Below, one piece after another: positions 1 through 14,300 of a stretch of DNA of 64,000 nt. The notes under the pieces are model-generated. The model made no database searches, was not told where the DNA came from, and saw nothing but the letters and a program-made list of their open reading frames with translations. The DNA comes from Lingula anatina. Lineage: Eukaryota; Animalia; Brachiopoda. The stretch covers positions 248,001-312,000 of the forward strand of contig CM120645.1 of NCBI GenBank assembly GCA_051362555.1, written 5' to 3'. Position 1 is the first letter of the stretch. Each line of letters opens with the position of its first letter. The position numbers and the translations under genes were made by a program.

Positions 1-323
1 GAAAAGCGTATATTACAAACTAAAACGTAAGAGCAGCTGTATGTGCGTGTTACGTTCTATATGGTAACACATTGCGAACCATATTGGCCTATAGGAACTT
101 TCAGAATTGCGATACACCTTTTGAATTAACACATCAATATTTTCTTCAACTTTTTTTCGTTTATGCAGTCCCCTTTCCTTTTCTATCATTTTTTAAGATC
201 ATTTTTATCTTCTAATTGCTTATAAATTTATATTTGGCCGTTAACAACGGTATGTGATGGCGATATATATACTATTATATATAATAAAAAGACAAAAAAA
301 GTACGACAATTCAGTTACAGTAC

Positions 324-400
324 CTCTGCAGCTGCCATTGTCGTACTAATGAAATGTTCGCGTGAGACATGCGAGGTCTTCCAGCTCGTGCAGCTAGCAG
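324..400 (-). other. Candidate start-codon exon (ACAATGG context, MAAAE) of a gene continuing beyond the left edge
   Basis: Acceptor gtgttttttag| at 401-402, donor GAG|GTACTG at 324/323, ATG at 338-336; a GC-richer island in AT-rich flanks. Confidence 0.35.
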
Positions 401-3195
401 CTAAAAAACACTACTGTTAATGATAAGGTCTAGCATTAAATGGGTATATTCAGCCTGAGATAATAGGATAACCCTTCTTAATTTTGAGGTTTATACATTT
501 ATCCTGTAAAATTTTCACAAAGATTGCCTTTACTTAATTTTGTTATGTAGGTCTCAGTGCAATCTTCTCTATCTTCGAAAGAAGTAAACTACAGTAAGTA
601 TAGATGTAACTGAAATTCTGACTGGTGTGATTGTCAACAGTTTTCCAGGAATTATAACGGTGCTTTCCATTTAAATATCAATACGCCTTAAAATGAAAAG
701 TAAAATTGAAATCCAGGTGCACATGCGGAGTTTTCATTGCAAGTCTAATATTCCTCGAGAAACAAAGAGAAGTTTTATATCCCTAAGGCCATAGTATTTA
801 GATCAGGCAACAATTTGCTTCTTTCTTGTTGTGAGTGGGAAAATGAAAGTTTGTGGTACACTGGGATGGAGGAGACATAAAACCACTTGTATCCTTGCCA
901 GGATTCACTGCCTGCCCCGGCCCTGCACTCGGCGACAATGTGTTGTGCCATTTCTTATTAACTTGGTTATACATAAATAGTCATTCCTATAGATTACCAC
1001 GTCTTTCAGCATTTAAGAAGGTAATATCTATATCAAGTTTTTTTTTCATTTCAGGAGTTTTACAGCATTAAGGAATTAGGAAAGTTTATTAGATTTGCAT
1101 GACATTTCGACGTAGGGCAGCTTCATAAGCGCACTCAGGTTGACTTAAGATTTTATACCGACACTCGGCGCATTATCTACAGACAAATCGACAGTTTACT
1201 TGTAATATAATTTGAGTGTGCCCTGGTCGTTTACCTCGAATGAGGATTGTTATATTTCAAACAGGTTCTTCTAACCGATGTTTATTATAAAGCCTACCTA
1301 CTGTTACACAATTACCAGAAGGCGTATGTTAGTCTGTATTGCTATGGTATCCAACCTTTCAAGTTATGTAAACCATCGATCATTTGGAGACAAAACACCT
1401 TAAAAACAACACAGTTAAGTTATTTTATGTCTTCAGTTTTAATTCTACAGATTAGACAGGCAGAGGCCACAAATCAACGTTAACATTGGCTGCACGCGGC
1501 TTCTCATTGCTCGACATACAGGGCAGTGTCTGAGGTCATAACCAGGGCCCCTTATTATTTTTCTACTCGAGGGACAGAGATAGCGGGAAAGACATTTTTG
1601 CGTTTAAAATAATTAACTTTTTTATTTGATCTTTTTTGTGTGCCGTCCGACACTGTTAGTCAGATTGCATGCTGAAGTACTAATAAGAACACAAAGGTTC
1701 ACGTTATCCTCGACCCAAATGGGACACGGCGCCATTACGATGATGAGAGTACCCCTTGTCAATACATTTGATTCCAAGAGATCCAAATCGTAAGTGTAAT
1801 TAAGGTTAATGGTGGTTTAAGTCGCTTGGTGATAATTCATTACTAGTGCCCTAATCTCCATTACAGGACAGCGGCAGCACCTCACGCCATGGTGTCAAGG
1901 GTTCCACAATGTACACATCATCTATCAGCCAGATTCAAATTAGGTTGAATAACATCATCCAACTTATTCCCTGTATGATAATTGTAAGGGCAATTTTCAG
2001 AAATCAATACAGCACTAAAAAAACCACCTGCGTAAATTCGATCACTTGGTTCATCCTGGTCGCTCGATGAAAGGATTCTTTGAGTTAGTTTTCTTGTCAA
2101 GATTTAGCTAATTCCACTGATTTCTGTAGTGTCGAGTCCTACAGGGATTCATTCATATTCATTACGAGGGCAATTTTGTTTCAAGGAAAATAGATAAAAG
2201 ATAATTAAGAAGCATTAAGGCTACCTTCTGGACACGTTTGCTTTAACTGAAGTCATTAACATCACAGTAAAAAGGACCGTGTGTAGACACGCTACTGGAT
2301 AATCATTAGGAGCCTCTCCACGGTATGGAGGATTCAACTGTATGAAAAATATTAACCAGAAGTTTCTGATTTCATCACAACATTATATCGTCACTTTTCG
2401 CACAAGCAGAAAGCATTTGCGCATGCCAACACTTTGGTCTAGATTGGATCAATCTAGCATTTACTACTACTAGATCAAAACAACTGGCCTGTTCTGCCCA
2501 TATTAAACAATAAACTATTCTAATAAAAGTCAAATCCCATGCTGATATGTGGATGGCAGGATACCGGGTACTACACGGATCTTCAGGTGCACGCAGCACA
2601 TGGGAATTACTGGTGGCAAAGAGAGACGTAGTAACATGGCAAAACAATAGTAAAATATCAGCGAGCCCCCCCCCCCTCCCCGTCATATAAGGAAACCTGC
2701 ACACTAAGTACCCCTTATCTCCATGTTTTTCACAAGACCCTCTTTTTTGTATGTATATTGCAAGTTTGGAATGAAAGCAAAACCAAAGATGTCTCACTGA
2801 CAAGAACGTTCCAAAGAAGGAGATTCTAAAACATACTGTAAGAGCCCGAGCCTTGAAGACTACCTCACTGCCATCAGAACAATAGATATGTCACACGAAT
2901 GAGCTGTTGTTGGATATTGAGGTGTTGCAGCTTTTAGTTTAAAAAAAGGTTCTCATTTTCTTTTTTTCTGTGGGAGTTAATTGTTACGTAAAATGAAACC
3001 TGCTTTGTGTCGTGTGTCTGGTGCCAGACAACAGAGACTGAGGCAGAGTCGCCAGCCATCTGGTACACAATGTACCCCGCACTGAACGTGTGGGAACCGC
3101 GAAGACCTTGATGTGGTTGATATTTCAAAGTCTAGAAAAAAACTCGTGAGGGGAGGGAGGGGGGGGGGGGGGCATGGGAGGGAGGGGGGGGGGCA

Positions 3196-3355
3196 TGGGC
3201 GGATTTAGGCTGTCTTCTGGGTCTTCTAGAAGACGGTCAGATTTTCAAATTTACATTGACGGGTATCTATTTTTTTCTGTCGGAAGACGGTGAAAAATGT
3301 AGGATGGATCAACAAAGATAATTTAGAAGACTGTCCGAAAATATCTCTAGATCCG

Positions 3356-3361
<6 letters not shown>
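3196..3361 (-). mobile_element. hAT-like MITE family, copy 1
   Basis: Reverse-complement homologue of 51042-51215 (GGCTGTCTTCTGGGTCTTC..GAAGACGGTCAGATTTTCAA.TTTACATTGACGGGTATC); GGCGGAT...ATCCGC termini. Confidence 0.75.
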
Positions 3362-3395
<34 letters not shown>

Positions 3396-6300
3396 GGTGG
3401 CTGTGAGTTGTTGTGTCTCTCTCGGGCCCAGGGCCCTTTACTGGGGGGTTTCAGTAACAACCGATAAAATAGGCCAGGTACGTTGTGTGACCTTGTCATT
3501 ATTGTGTGGGCACATCTAGACAACCTCAGTTGTCACTTTCGACGCCTTCCTAAACCAGTAAGCACTCTGCCACCCCTAAGCTTTACAACAGACGAACTCT
3601 TGTTTGGTTGATTAAGGCCGTTTGTGGCGTCTGTTCTAGACCAAATAAATAAATTAATAAATTTAAAAAAAAAATACAAAATTTAAAAGCAATTGCTTTT
3701 AGAAAAATACTTCATTTTAATCGGCGCTTTAAACAACTAATGGTCAATTCCACCGTTTTGTCCTATGGATTTAATGGTTTTAAATTTATCACTAAATAAT
3801 AAAATAGTAAATCAATACGAATAAAAACCCCTTTAAAGTAGTTTCACACTATAGGGAAAACTGAGAGACATATAGGCCTAACTAAACCGTGCCACAGCAA
3901 ATACAACCCGTATATTTTTAGTGGAAATTATAAGCATTTAGATCAAAGAAAGTATCAAGTTGAATTTATTATAGATGAGGTCGTGGCTTAATTGAATAGT
4001 ACCGACAAGAGAGAGCACGCAAACAGTTTAAACGTTTTATATTACCACTGTATTTCCGTAGTTTCAAAGAGCATTCCATTAGAGGCAGTGTTATGCCTTT
4101 TGAACGTCGGTGAAAAAGGTTCATGGTGAGCCACATTTAATTCGAACGGCAAATAAGAAATAGTTGACAACTGTGCCATATGGGACGGACGGATGGAAAA
4201 CTGCTTCATTTTGTCCCATTTTGCATGCTTCGTCTAGGGCAGGGGGGGGGGGGTTGAGCGGGAATGAGCTACCTCCTAAACTGGGGGTGGGTGAGGATTA
4301 GGGTCGCTCCCATACGCCAAACTGTAGACGCGCCATAGGCAAAGTTACATGCCCAGATCTTGCATCACAGTGTCAGCTCTTAAATAATCCAAGTCCTCAT
4401 TTCGCTTCGAAGGTCGTGGTTTCAGATAACATTCGTTCAATCTGAATTATAAGAATACATTTTGCCTGGAGCTATAGTGCCACCCGACACTGAACCGTAT
4501 ACTTAAACCACCTTTTGTCAGAGTCACAAAATGAAAATCTTGGCTGCAATGTTTTGAACAGTTTATAATTTCTTTGCTTGTAGACATGTTGACACTCAAA
4601 TACCTACAGAAATAGCCACTAATCCTTTACACATTAAAATCAAGAACGCTGCTTCAGTTCCTTTAGATCTGTAAAAGTATGCAATCTGCCAATCAGACAA
4701 ATACAAAGACGGTCAAGAGATCAGTGTCTTCTCATTTATTCTTTGCCGCCAGCTATCAACGTCTGACGAAGATACGTATAAACTCCATGCATTATATAAA
4801 TAATAATAAATTTCATTAACAATAATTTTTAAGTAATTAATAATGACACATTTGTACACAGGATCTCTCGAAGATTACTCTAGACGAACAGAAACTGCAG
4901 ACGTTTTCCTTCAAAAGCGAGGTATTAATTCCAATAATCCGTCATGAAAGTCTCTACATATATCGCCTAAACTATTGTTTCCATATCAATGCGTGCCATC
5001 GCCCCATTTTATAAAGATTAATCATAAATCATAAGTGTGAATCACGTGTGATTAAGCAAACAGGATAGACAATACTAAAGTAGCAAATGGCGTTTAAACA
5101 GGCTCAAGTCAATCAGTGGAAATGACTCTGGTATAAATCAAATGGCGGTGCTCCCTTTGTTTCTGAGGCGATATCACAGTAGAAATCATCAGTAATCATG
5201 CAAGTAAGGAAAACGAGCCACACCAAAGAACAGTTTGAGCAGTTTGATCACAGCATCAGACAGTTGAGTACTGTGTAACATGCAATTCACTGTGAAGATT
5301 ACTGATGTATTTATTCCGGAGGTATCCATTATTCGCACTGTGGAAACCAAGTAAAATGGTCGGTAATTATGGACGCCAATGATAAGACGATCTGGCCTTG
5401 GCTTGTATTGACATAGTTGTTAATTCTGCAGCCAACGTGTTCATATTTGTCATGGGAAGATTTCATTCCGGAGAAAGGACATAATTTGCGTCAAAATACT
5501 GAAATAATTTAATTCTAGTGTCTGATATGTAAATTCCTTCCTGTTAAACCGGCAACAGATTCCAAACACGTGTATCTACGTTTTTTTTTTCAGTGGAAAG
5601 ATGTGCATTATAACTTAGTTTGATTTTTATCTGGCTGCATCCCTTCACAGTACGTATTCTGCTCCCGACCCTGGATACTTACTTTATACTTAGTAGAAAT
5701 TAGCTCTACAACATAGCACATGTCCAGAAGACTTAACTACAAACGTATATAACCTTGGATCTAACAGAATGTTATTTAGTTTGGGTCCTAGACATAACTG
5801 AATTATTTTTGTCACCAGCGAAAGTAAAAAATCAAGAGACGAAATTATTAGCAAACCTCAGTTTAAGAAATAAAAACTGTTTTTTTATTTACAACTGGAC
5901 CTTGCTGTCCATTTTTACTTAGGTTGTATCCGCAGTGGCACAGTGAAATATAACAACTGGCACGGCCCACGGCATAAAGGGGGGGTCACAAGTTTAGACG
6001 ACATCATTTCAGTGGGGGAGAAATACACAGAGGTTTCCAGAGTAAAATCGGACTTATGGTTTTTGATTTGAAACCAGAATCGTATTTTAAGTCATTTTAG
6101 ACAAGAAGCAAATAATCTTGCACTTACTTCCGGTAAGGCGCTTTGGGCGTTAACCAAATAAGCACGTAAGTCTTCTACAACGCTATGCCTGGCAATGTGT
6201 GCCTAGACAACACATAACAACGGCATCAACTGTCAGTTATACTAGACGCCTCTAAGGTGTTGGATATAAGATGTGAAATATGGTTTTATTTGCGTGCTAA

Positions 6301-7053
6301 TCGAGTTCGGGTGGCATTTCGTTGCAAATAAAAGTGGTAATAGACTGACGGTATCTGGAAAATGAATGTCAGATCAGCCGTATCCAACATAACTCAACGT
6401 AAAGCTGTGAGTAAAGGTTAGAGACAGGGAAATGGTTCAAACTGACGACAGTCCACGCTGTCTTATAAAACACTGCAAGAAAACCAGATTTGAGATTTTA
6501 AAAAATTAAGTAAGTTGCTGTTGAATAAATGGTGGAAAATAGCCCCGTCGTTTCATTAACATTAACATTAAAGGCTTGTTAAATTGTCATAATAGCCAAT
6601 GTGTTAATAAAAAAGAAAATTATCAGATTTATTCCCAAAGGATATCTGCCATTGAGATAAGTTACGGCATAATTTGCAGAAATAAGTAATTTCGTTTTTG
6701 AAAGAGTTTTTTTTCGTAATATCTGTGTTCTTACACATGGCTAAATCGAAACAAAATAAGCGCCAGCATTCTTGAAATCCAAGTATTAACACAATATGGC
6801 TGAATTGAAATTGGAAGGAAACTTACTCGACAGTGCATCGGAGGCTAAGCAATTAACCGACGGCAGGAGAAATGAAGTTTTCTTTCCATCTTTTTTTAAT
6901 CATTTGATCATCTTATCACGTCGGCTTCGAGTAATCACCGACGGCGTCCTTATCGAGGAGAAGGGAGGCATCGCTGAATGATAAACTTTGATATGGCTCG
7001 ATTGAACCACAGCACGCAGACTTGGTCTCCTGCAAGTTATCACTAGCCATACA

Positions 7054-7089
<36 letters not shown>

Positions 7090-7743
7090 GCTGAAATAAT
7101 CCACGGGTAAACGAGAGAAGTATTTCTCTATGAAATTCAATTGATTTTACTTAATTAAATGGATGAAATGATAATTTTAACAACTACAACTTTTTAAACC
7201 AGAGTAAAAAAATGCACGCTGTACATAAGATATTTAAAGTAATAAAAAGAATAACCAGTCGTTGACATTAAAAGAATACGGTTTTAGATTACGCTTAATC
7301 ACGAAATGACGACAGACAATATACTTTATAACTGCCAAGAAGAAACCATCGCCAATCAATGGTTAGATAGGAAATCTAAGACAAAGAACTAATGAAAAAG
7401 ATTAGAACGTATTTAGCGACATATTCTATACACCCGTTCACTTTAGACGGCGCTTATGATATCGATTTCGATTCATTTCCTTCCAGAGATATTGAAAAAA
7501 ATACTCGAAAAAAGTACGTTGGCATCGCTATCATTACTGGTTCAAATAAAGTGCACACACCCTCCATAAACAATGTTATATATACACGATATATACACGA
7601 TATATCTGTATCGATCTTTAAAAAAACTTGAGTGCCTTCTAGCAGCTGACAGGAGAGCCATGTTTATAAGAATCTTGTCAGCTCCAAATGTACGACCAAT
7701 TAGTTCTTAAAATGTAACCAACATTGCCGTGTATCTATCTTAC

Positions 7744-7894
7744 CTTCTCAGGTCTGGTCTGACCACGCCTTGTTTATCAATGGTAAAAACGTGAAGTGAA
7801 GCACTGTTGATCAAATGTCTAGTGGACTGATTACGCCCCGCAGCAACGCTCTGCGCTTAATCCTGATCCCGACTGCGCGGGTGATACGTTTTAC
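7744..7894 (-). other. Candidate non-coding (5' UTR) exon
   Basis: Strong acceptor cttttctatttctaattccag| and donor AAG|GTAAGA; 151 nt; no ATG seen. Confidence 0.45.
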
Positions 7895-8110
7895 CTGGAA
7901 TTAGAAATAGAAAAGCCGTGTCACTGCTCTATGCCGAACTACTTATGAACGACACACGTTTTTCTTAGAGGGTAATCCCAGAGTTAAGAATTTGTGTAAC
8001 TCTGTGAAAAAGATCCCTACGCTTAACAATTTCATGGTTTAATCAAACGCCACAGAAATCGTTTCAATTACGGCGTGAAATGAGCAATACAAGATAACGA
8101 TGGCACGCAC

Positions 8111-8320
8111 CGTCAGATCAGAACAATTCTCAACACGACAGTCGAAGCTGACATTTCCGTGATTTCATGAAAACATCAGCATTCAAAATAAATTCCGATT
8201 TTCAGCATCTCGTATTGATTGCCTCGGCTCCTCGTGGCGCAATCCCTGAATATTCGCTGCATGAGATCCTCGTAATGGCCAAAGCGCAATCTCTCTCAAT
8301 CCCACACCCATTTATATATG
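8111..8320 (-). promoter_or_regulatory. Candidate alternative promoter and first exon of the leftward gene
   Basis: TATATAAA on the minus strand (8311-8318), a CpG-rich tract, and donor ACG|GTGCGT at 8111/8110. Confidence 0.35.
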
Positions 8321-11300
8321 TTTTCATATAACCGTATCTTTGGCGTGCCCTGCGAATACTCTCTCTTCACATCTCTTCACCAATTTACACCGTTCTCTGA
8401 GTGTTTTTCCTGGAAACTCTGGCGTGGTCTAGTGCAAAAATAAGACATACTTCGCTTATGTGTTAAGGACGCTGCGCTCGAAGTCAATACAACCCACCTC
8501 CTTACCCAGTACTCACGAAATACTAACTAACAAACAAGTCTCCGCCGGATCAGTGAAGATTCCACTCACTGCCAGGTTGTTGCAGTAATTAAAAAACCCG
8601 CTGACTAAAAATTCCTGTACTCACCGTCTGATTATAAAGTTGACGAAAGCAAAAGATAAATAACAACATATTTACACTAAACCGCCCAATAAATTATGGT
8701 TTCTACATGTTTTTTTTTATTCGGAATTTGCTGAGGTGCGTGGACCTGCTGTTAGCAACAGTCATTGCTGAATTGTTGTTGCCCTCAGATGTAATACCAT
8801 ACAAAAATTAAAATCTTATTTGAATTTCTTACAAAAATACTCCACCATATTATGGTTCAATTAACCACAGAGGTGACTTATTGTGTGTCTCTATGTGATA
8901 AGTTGACAAATGCTGATCTCAATCCCCTTTGATTACAACTATAAGAACCTGCACTGTGCGGCAGATAGTAGTAAAATGTTGCCCAAGTCATCCTTACCCG
9001 AGTCCAGCTTGGGGTTTCTTAACTGTGTTTGCAGTATCTGTCACGGTCTGTAAATGAGTTATGGTGATTTGGATATGGGCTATGGTCTGCTGTGGCCCAT
9101 TTTATCTCATGTCTGCCCACCGAGTGTCCGCTTGGGAATCTTCCTGGAAAGAAGCACCAGTGCTTGAAAACAAACATATGTGGTGGCCGCCGTTACTTTT
9201 GTTAATATGCCCAAATGAGAGCGATCAAGATAACGAACGCCGCTTTAACGAGGCGTCGAATTGGTACCCGGAATTCCAACGTTAAGTGGAAGATATTCTC
9301 TTTCTGGAATACAACCGAAGCAGGCAGGTTGTAGGGGTTAGTATTCAGTTAATACCAGTGATCGTTGGCTGACACCACCATCCATAACATGCTTGGACAA
9401 CAGGCTTTTCCGTTGGGACCACGAAATCTACAGTCAGAATACTTATGTGGACGTTATTATGTTACTGAAAAGCCACGCAATTATTCAACCAATTAGTTGT
9501 CTTACAATAAATCTTCTTTGATTCATCCCAGAAATATTCCGATGTTTGCCTCATGTTGACGACCTTTTTTCCCAGACAGATGTCTTCCATTTTGTCGTGT
9601 CAGTGACAAAATGTGCTGCGTGGTCTCTTGATAGTTTTTTTTTTCTTATTTTAATAATTTTTCGTTCATGCCTTGCCTCCCACTGTGCGGATATTAATTA
9701 TCATGTCTGTCAACTTCAGCTGCGCCTTTTCAGTTTTTACCATTATAATTTCTTTGCATGACCTAAACATGTTCATTTGTATGAATGGATCGACCATTCA
9801 CTCAAATCGAAATTGAAAATTCAAAGGGAGATTTGTAAGTGTCCGGGGTCTATTCATGGCACCATAAGCTGCACAGAAACCGGATCACGCCAGGTCTTTT
9901 TACACTATAAGATGTCAAATCTCTGCTTGAATTTGATTTGGTTCGGTTCAGCGTTTTAAGACGGCTAAAATCAGATCGTAGATTACGCACAGTCTCCCAT
10001 CGTGATTTAATTTACCAGTAGGAGCATTTCACAAACTATTGCTCAAAAATAAGTCAATGCGACACACGGAGAGATGCTGGTGTAGCCACTGGGAGGAAAA
10101 TCCGAGTCAAGAAAACAGGAATTAACCTGTTGTTTGGATGATTCGGGATAAAAATCATCAATTACATAAGATGTACAAAGTATAATAATAATAATAATAA
10201 TAATAACATGGCATAGCCTACTCAAAAAATAAAATAAAATAATAATAATAATTACAACAATGATATTTTATTTTTTGTACTTTCGGTTGGGCTTTAATTC
10301 CAGCCTTAAACAACAATGTCTCATTTTGGTTTCATTAATATTCTACTGAAAGACGGGCCAAATACAAGAGTAACGAAATATTTTTCCGCAACCAGCCTTG
10401 ATTCTACACGTAACGGGGCATGCTTTCACAGTTTTGAGTTTCCTCTTAATTCACCATTAAAACTGTGGCCATGTGCTCACAAAACATGGTGTTCTTGAAA
10501 AAATACAAAATTCGTAATTATTAGAAGCCTTACAATATTTTAAACATTAAAAGTGTGTTAGCAAGCTACAGGTAACACCTAAATCTAGTTACGATGCTGC
10601 AATAATTAGCATAGGTATCCATGAAATAGACGTTAAGCGCTAGCTGAAAGACTTCAATCACACACTTGTCACTAATGTACGGATGGTATGAGCTACGGCG
10701 TAGACGTCCTCCGGGATCTTTACAATTAAAATCACATTTAAACCGTTAGTTAAGCGAAAGCAGGACTTTTGACTTCTACGGAAAAGTTAAATCGTAAGTC
10801 ACTTAAAAAGCTTTTAACCTCAACTAAGGTCGTCATTAGTCTGACTCGAGTGCTAAAAAAACAATTGGTTTCTATTGATTTATTTATTAGGATAAAAATG
10901 TTTTAGTTTGGCTTCAATAAAATCGAAGTCAGGCAGATTTCAGAGGGTGTCCAGGGATCAATTTTATTTTAACAAAATTATAAATTGGTCTGAGACTGAG
11001 TATTAGAAATTGCGTAGTAGGATTAAATCGGGTTAGAATACTTCTTAAATATGGTGTTAAGCGGATTAGAAGTCTCAGATCACATCCTCTTACCATCGAT
11101 TTCAGCCGGGAAATCTCACATTTCCCGGAAAGTGAAATCTGATCGGATCTTACCGCGGTGTGAATATAACGGGCTCCCAATTTCCAGGACAGAGTTTAAG
11201 GAGTTTAAGGGTATCCATCTGATTGAGAGAAGCAGCAAGAAAGTTTTTTAAAATTTTTATACCCTTGCTAAAAATGGTGGAATGTACCAACAAAACAATG

Positions 11301-14300
11301 AATGTGTGATTTCAAATGTTCAGATTAAGACATCATGTAATATTGAAACAGCTCAATGTGTTTTGTTATGTTTGTCAGTATATTTGCGCAGTATATTTGG
11401 GTATTTGGTCAGTATATTTAGGTTCTTTCTGTTGATCAATTATAAATTTGCTAAATTATCGACAGTTTATTAGGAAAAGCAAACGTCATGGTCAAGTGGG
11501 TAACGTATATATAGGAGAGTAAAGTACTAGACACATTGGACGTTCTGTTACAGCCGATGTTATGAGTATTAAAGAGTTTCATCAAAGAGCTATTATGTTT
11601 AATGGGATCCAATTACATACCCACAGAAAGAACAGAAACGAGTTCTACCTAGTACCATACATTGCCGAAAATTGCTGTCACTTGAATAATGTCCGAATCT
11701 TTGAGAATGAGAGCTGTTGGTCTTTCACAGAAAAACATCTGGATGCACACCAAATTGATACATAAGAAGCGATCGGGTCAATGTATATCTAATTATTGGT
11801 CAGTTTCTCACACGAAATGCCACTTGCCGGTAAACCAACCAATCGAGCAGCAGAAAAAAGGCTTTAAAGCTGCGATTTCCTCAAATTTTGACTTTCTTAT
11901 TCTTCCTCCAGTTCGTAAAGCACAGAAAGTAAGCAGAATAAATATATGTGCAAATAAAATCATTTTTCAGTAAACGGTGTAACTTACCAACTATTTGAAA
12001 CTATATTTTGGCATTTGATTGGGTTTAGCAGCAATTATTTGGCATAAGCACTCACTTTATATGCATCTTTAACATTAAGTTGGGAGATTTGCTAATCATT
12101 GTGCAACATATAGTAAAAAGACAATGAAAACAAGACTCCAATGAGACTCTCGTTTTGTATCTGGTAGCACATGTTGAATCTCTTTGTCTGCATATCGAGA
12201 CGCCTATAGATGTATTGTTTCCTTTGACTTTTGACATTTCGCTTTATCGTTAGATATTTATGACATTTATATTTAGTTTATAATTCAAAGATTTGACAAT
12301 AGATATGATGTTTATTGTCAAAGTGAGTGTTTCCAATGGAATTCAAAACACAGTGAATGAAATGCATGAAGACATGAAGAAAACCAGTTTTTTTTGTTTC
12401 ATTCTGCCACTGAGGCACTAGTCGGAGTCAGGTGCCAGACCAAAGAGAAAAAAACATGCTCACCATGTCTCTAGATAGTCTACCAAATAAGAAACATGCA
12501 TGTTGAATGATGCAGAAAATGAAGAAGAAAGGAATGCAGTGGTGTTTTATGTGAATATTCGAACAGAATATTCTTGTTGATAGTTTGTCTTTGATAACTA
12601 ATCAAAAAGAATCAAATGGACAAAACTCCAGCCATTGATTCGCTGTGAAGCAATGCTCCAAACACCCGTTTGAATATCGGCGGATGTTTCACATGGAAAT
12701 GACTTTGACCCCTTCCCCCCCCCCCCAAAAAAGGTAAACAATATCACCCTTTCCCCACAAAAATAAATAAATAAATAAATCCACCCACAAGATCGGTAAG
12801 CCTATCGCATCTTCCGCTCAAGAGAAGTAAATAAATTCCCCTTCTCCCACTAATATCTACCATTTCCACCCAGTTGCCGTCCTCAGCTGTGCTCTGCCAG
12901 CGAACAAATATGTCCTGAACTACCTCCGGTAGCTTGCACACACTTGTGGCACTTAGGTAGCATTTAGAACAGTTTGATCGCTTTCAAAATAAGTTGATCC
13001 GCGGATTAAGAGATCCGCAGATCAAATATGGCCGACCCACTTAAAAGCAGCGCTAACTAATTCCCTGATGACCTCGGAGCCGATTAACATTAGCTTTAAT
13101 TGCTAGGGATGGCGCATAGGTAGGCGAGGAAACCATTAAGGGATTACGCGGCCTCGCCCCTAAAAGGGTCCGCCATATTTCATCCGCGGATAAGTTAGTC
13201 TGAGGAACAAACTGTGCTGAATGCGGCCTCAGACCGCAGAACTGCACTCAACCTTGATGTTCCTCATAACCCCACAGGAGGCCGGTAGCATGCCGCCAAA
13301 CCTATTTAACACTAGTAGATCGTGCACCCCACCGGTCATATACCTTACACCTCCAGTAGCATGCTGAACTGATGATAATATCCCCAGTGGACAGCATCAT
13401 GCGCCAGGGTTCTGAACAGACGAACTATGTGGCATTCAAATGGTTTATTAACTCTAGTATGGAGACAAGTGCCACAGCAACTGAGACAACAACGACAACT
13501 ACATTCTAGGAGATTATGAAAATATTATCAAACATTTCAGATTTGACAGCAAGGCTGTGTAAGCAATTACTGAGAAGAGAAGAAAAAATACGGGGATTAT
13601 TGATCTCTCTCGGTTGTGAGTCTGTCGATAAAGTAGTTAAAAATGCGTTCCCATTAGCGCCCAGTGTAGATTTCATTAAAGACCCGAGGCGGGTGGTGTG
13701 CAGTGAGTGCTGGGGGGGGGGGGGGGGGGTGGAAGAGAACAAATTACCCCCTTCAGAATGCTGAGAATCACTTTGTTATTGTTCTGTTGACATAGAAGTA
13801 GGAGACCCGGGAGGGAGGAGGGGGGGGGGGGTTGGTGCCTCGCTCTTTTCAGCCACGTTTTTGACCACATTCACAACAAAAGTCGATCCATGGACTTACA
13901 GGTCTGCAGATCAAATATGGCCGACCGTCTTATTCCCGCCGGAATCTGTTCAGTGTTTATTAGGGGATTCTGCGGCAGGCTTTCAAGTGGATAAGACAGA
14001 TCTGATCCGCGGATCTGTTAGTCTACACTACATGCTCGTAACTGGAGTTTTTGAATTACTGCACATACTTTCTCAGAGTTCAATATTTCACATTTATTGT
14101 CATCGCTTTTTGCAATATTCGTAATTGAGGACTTCAGTATCAGGCGTAGAGAAGTCTAGACTGGTTCTATAATTACTTTTGTGTGTAAGATATTAGTTTG
14201 AAGGAACAGATTGTTAATCATTTGACCATAACATCCCACTTCCGGAGATGTCCCCTTAAGCTGACGTGTTCAATCATTCCAAAGAGTTATCTAGACGCGT

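Noticed and set aside
5186-5307. 11-bp inverted repeat CATCAGTAATC/GATTACTGATG about 100 bp apart
   Set aside because: No target duplication or second copy; compatible with chance or a very old MITE.
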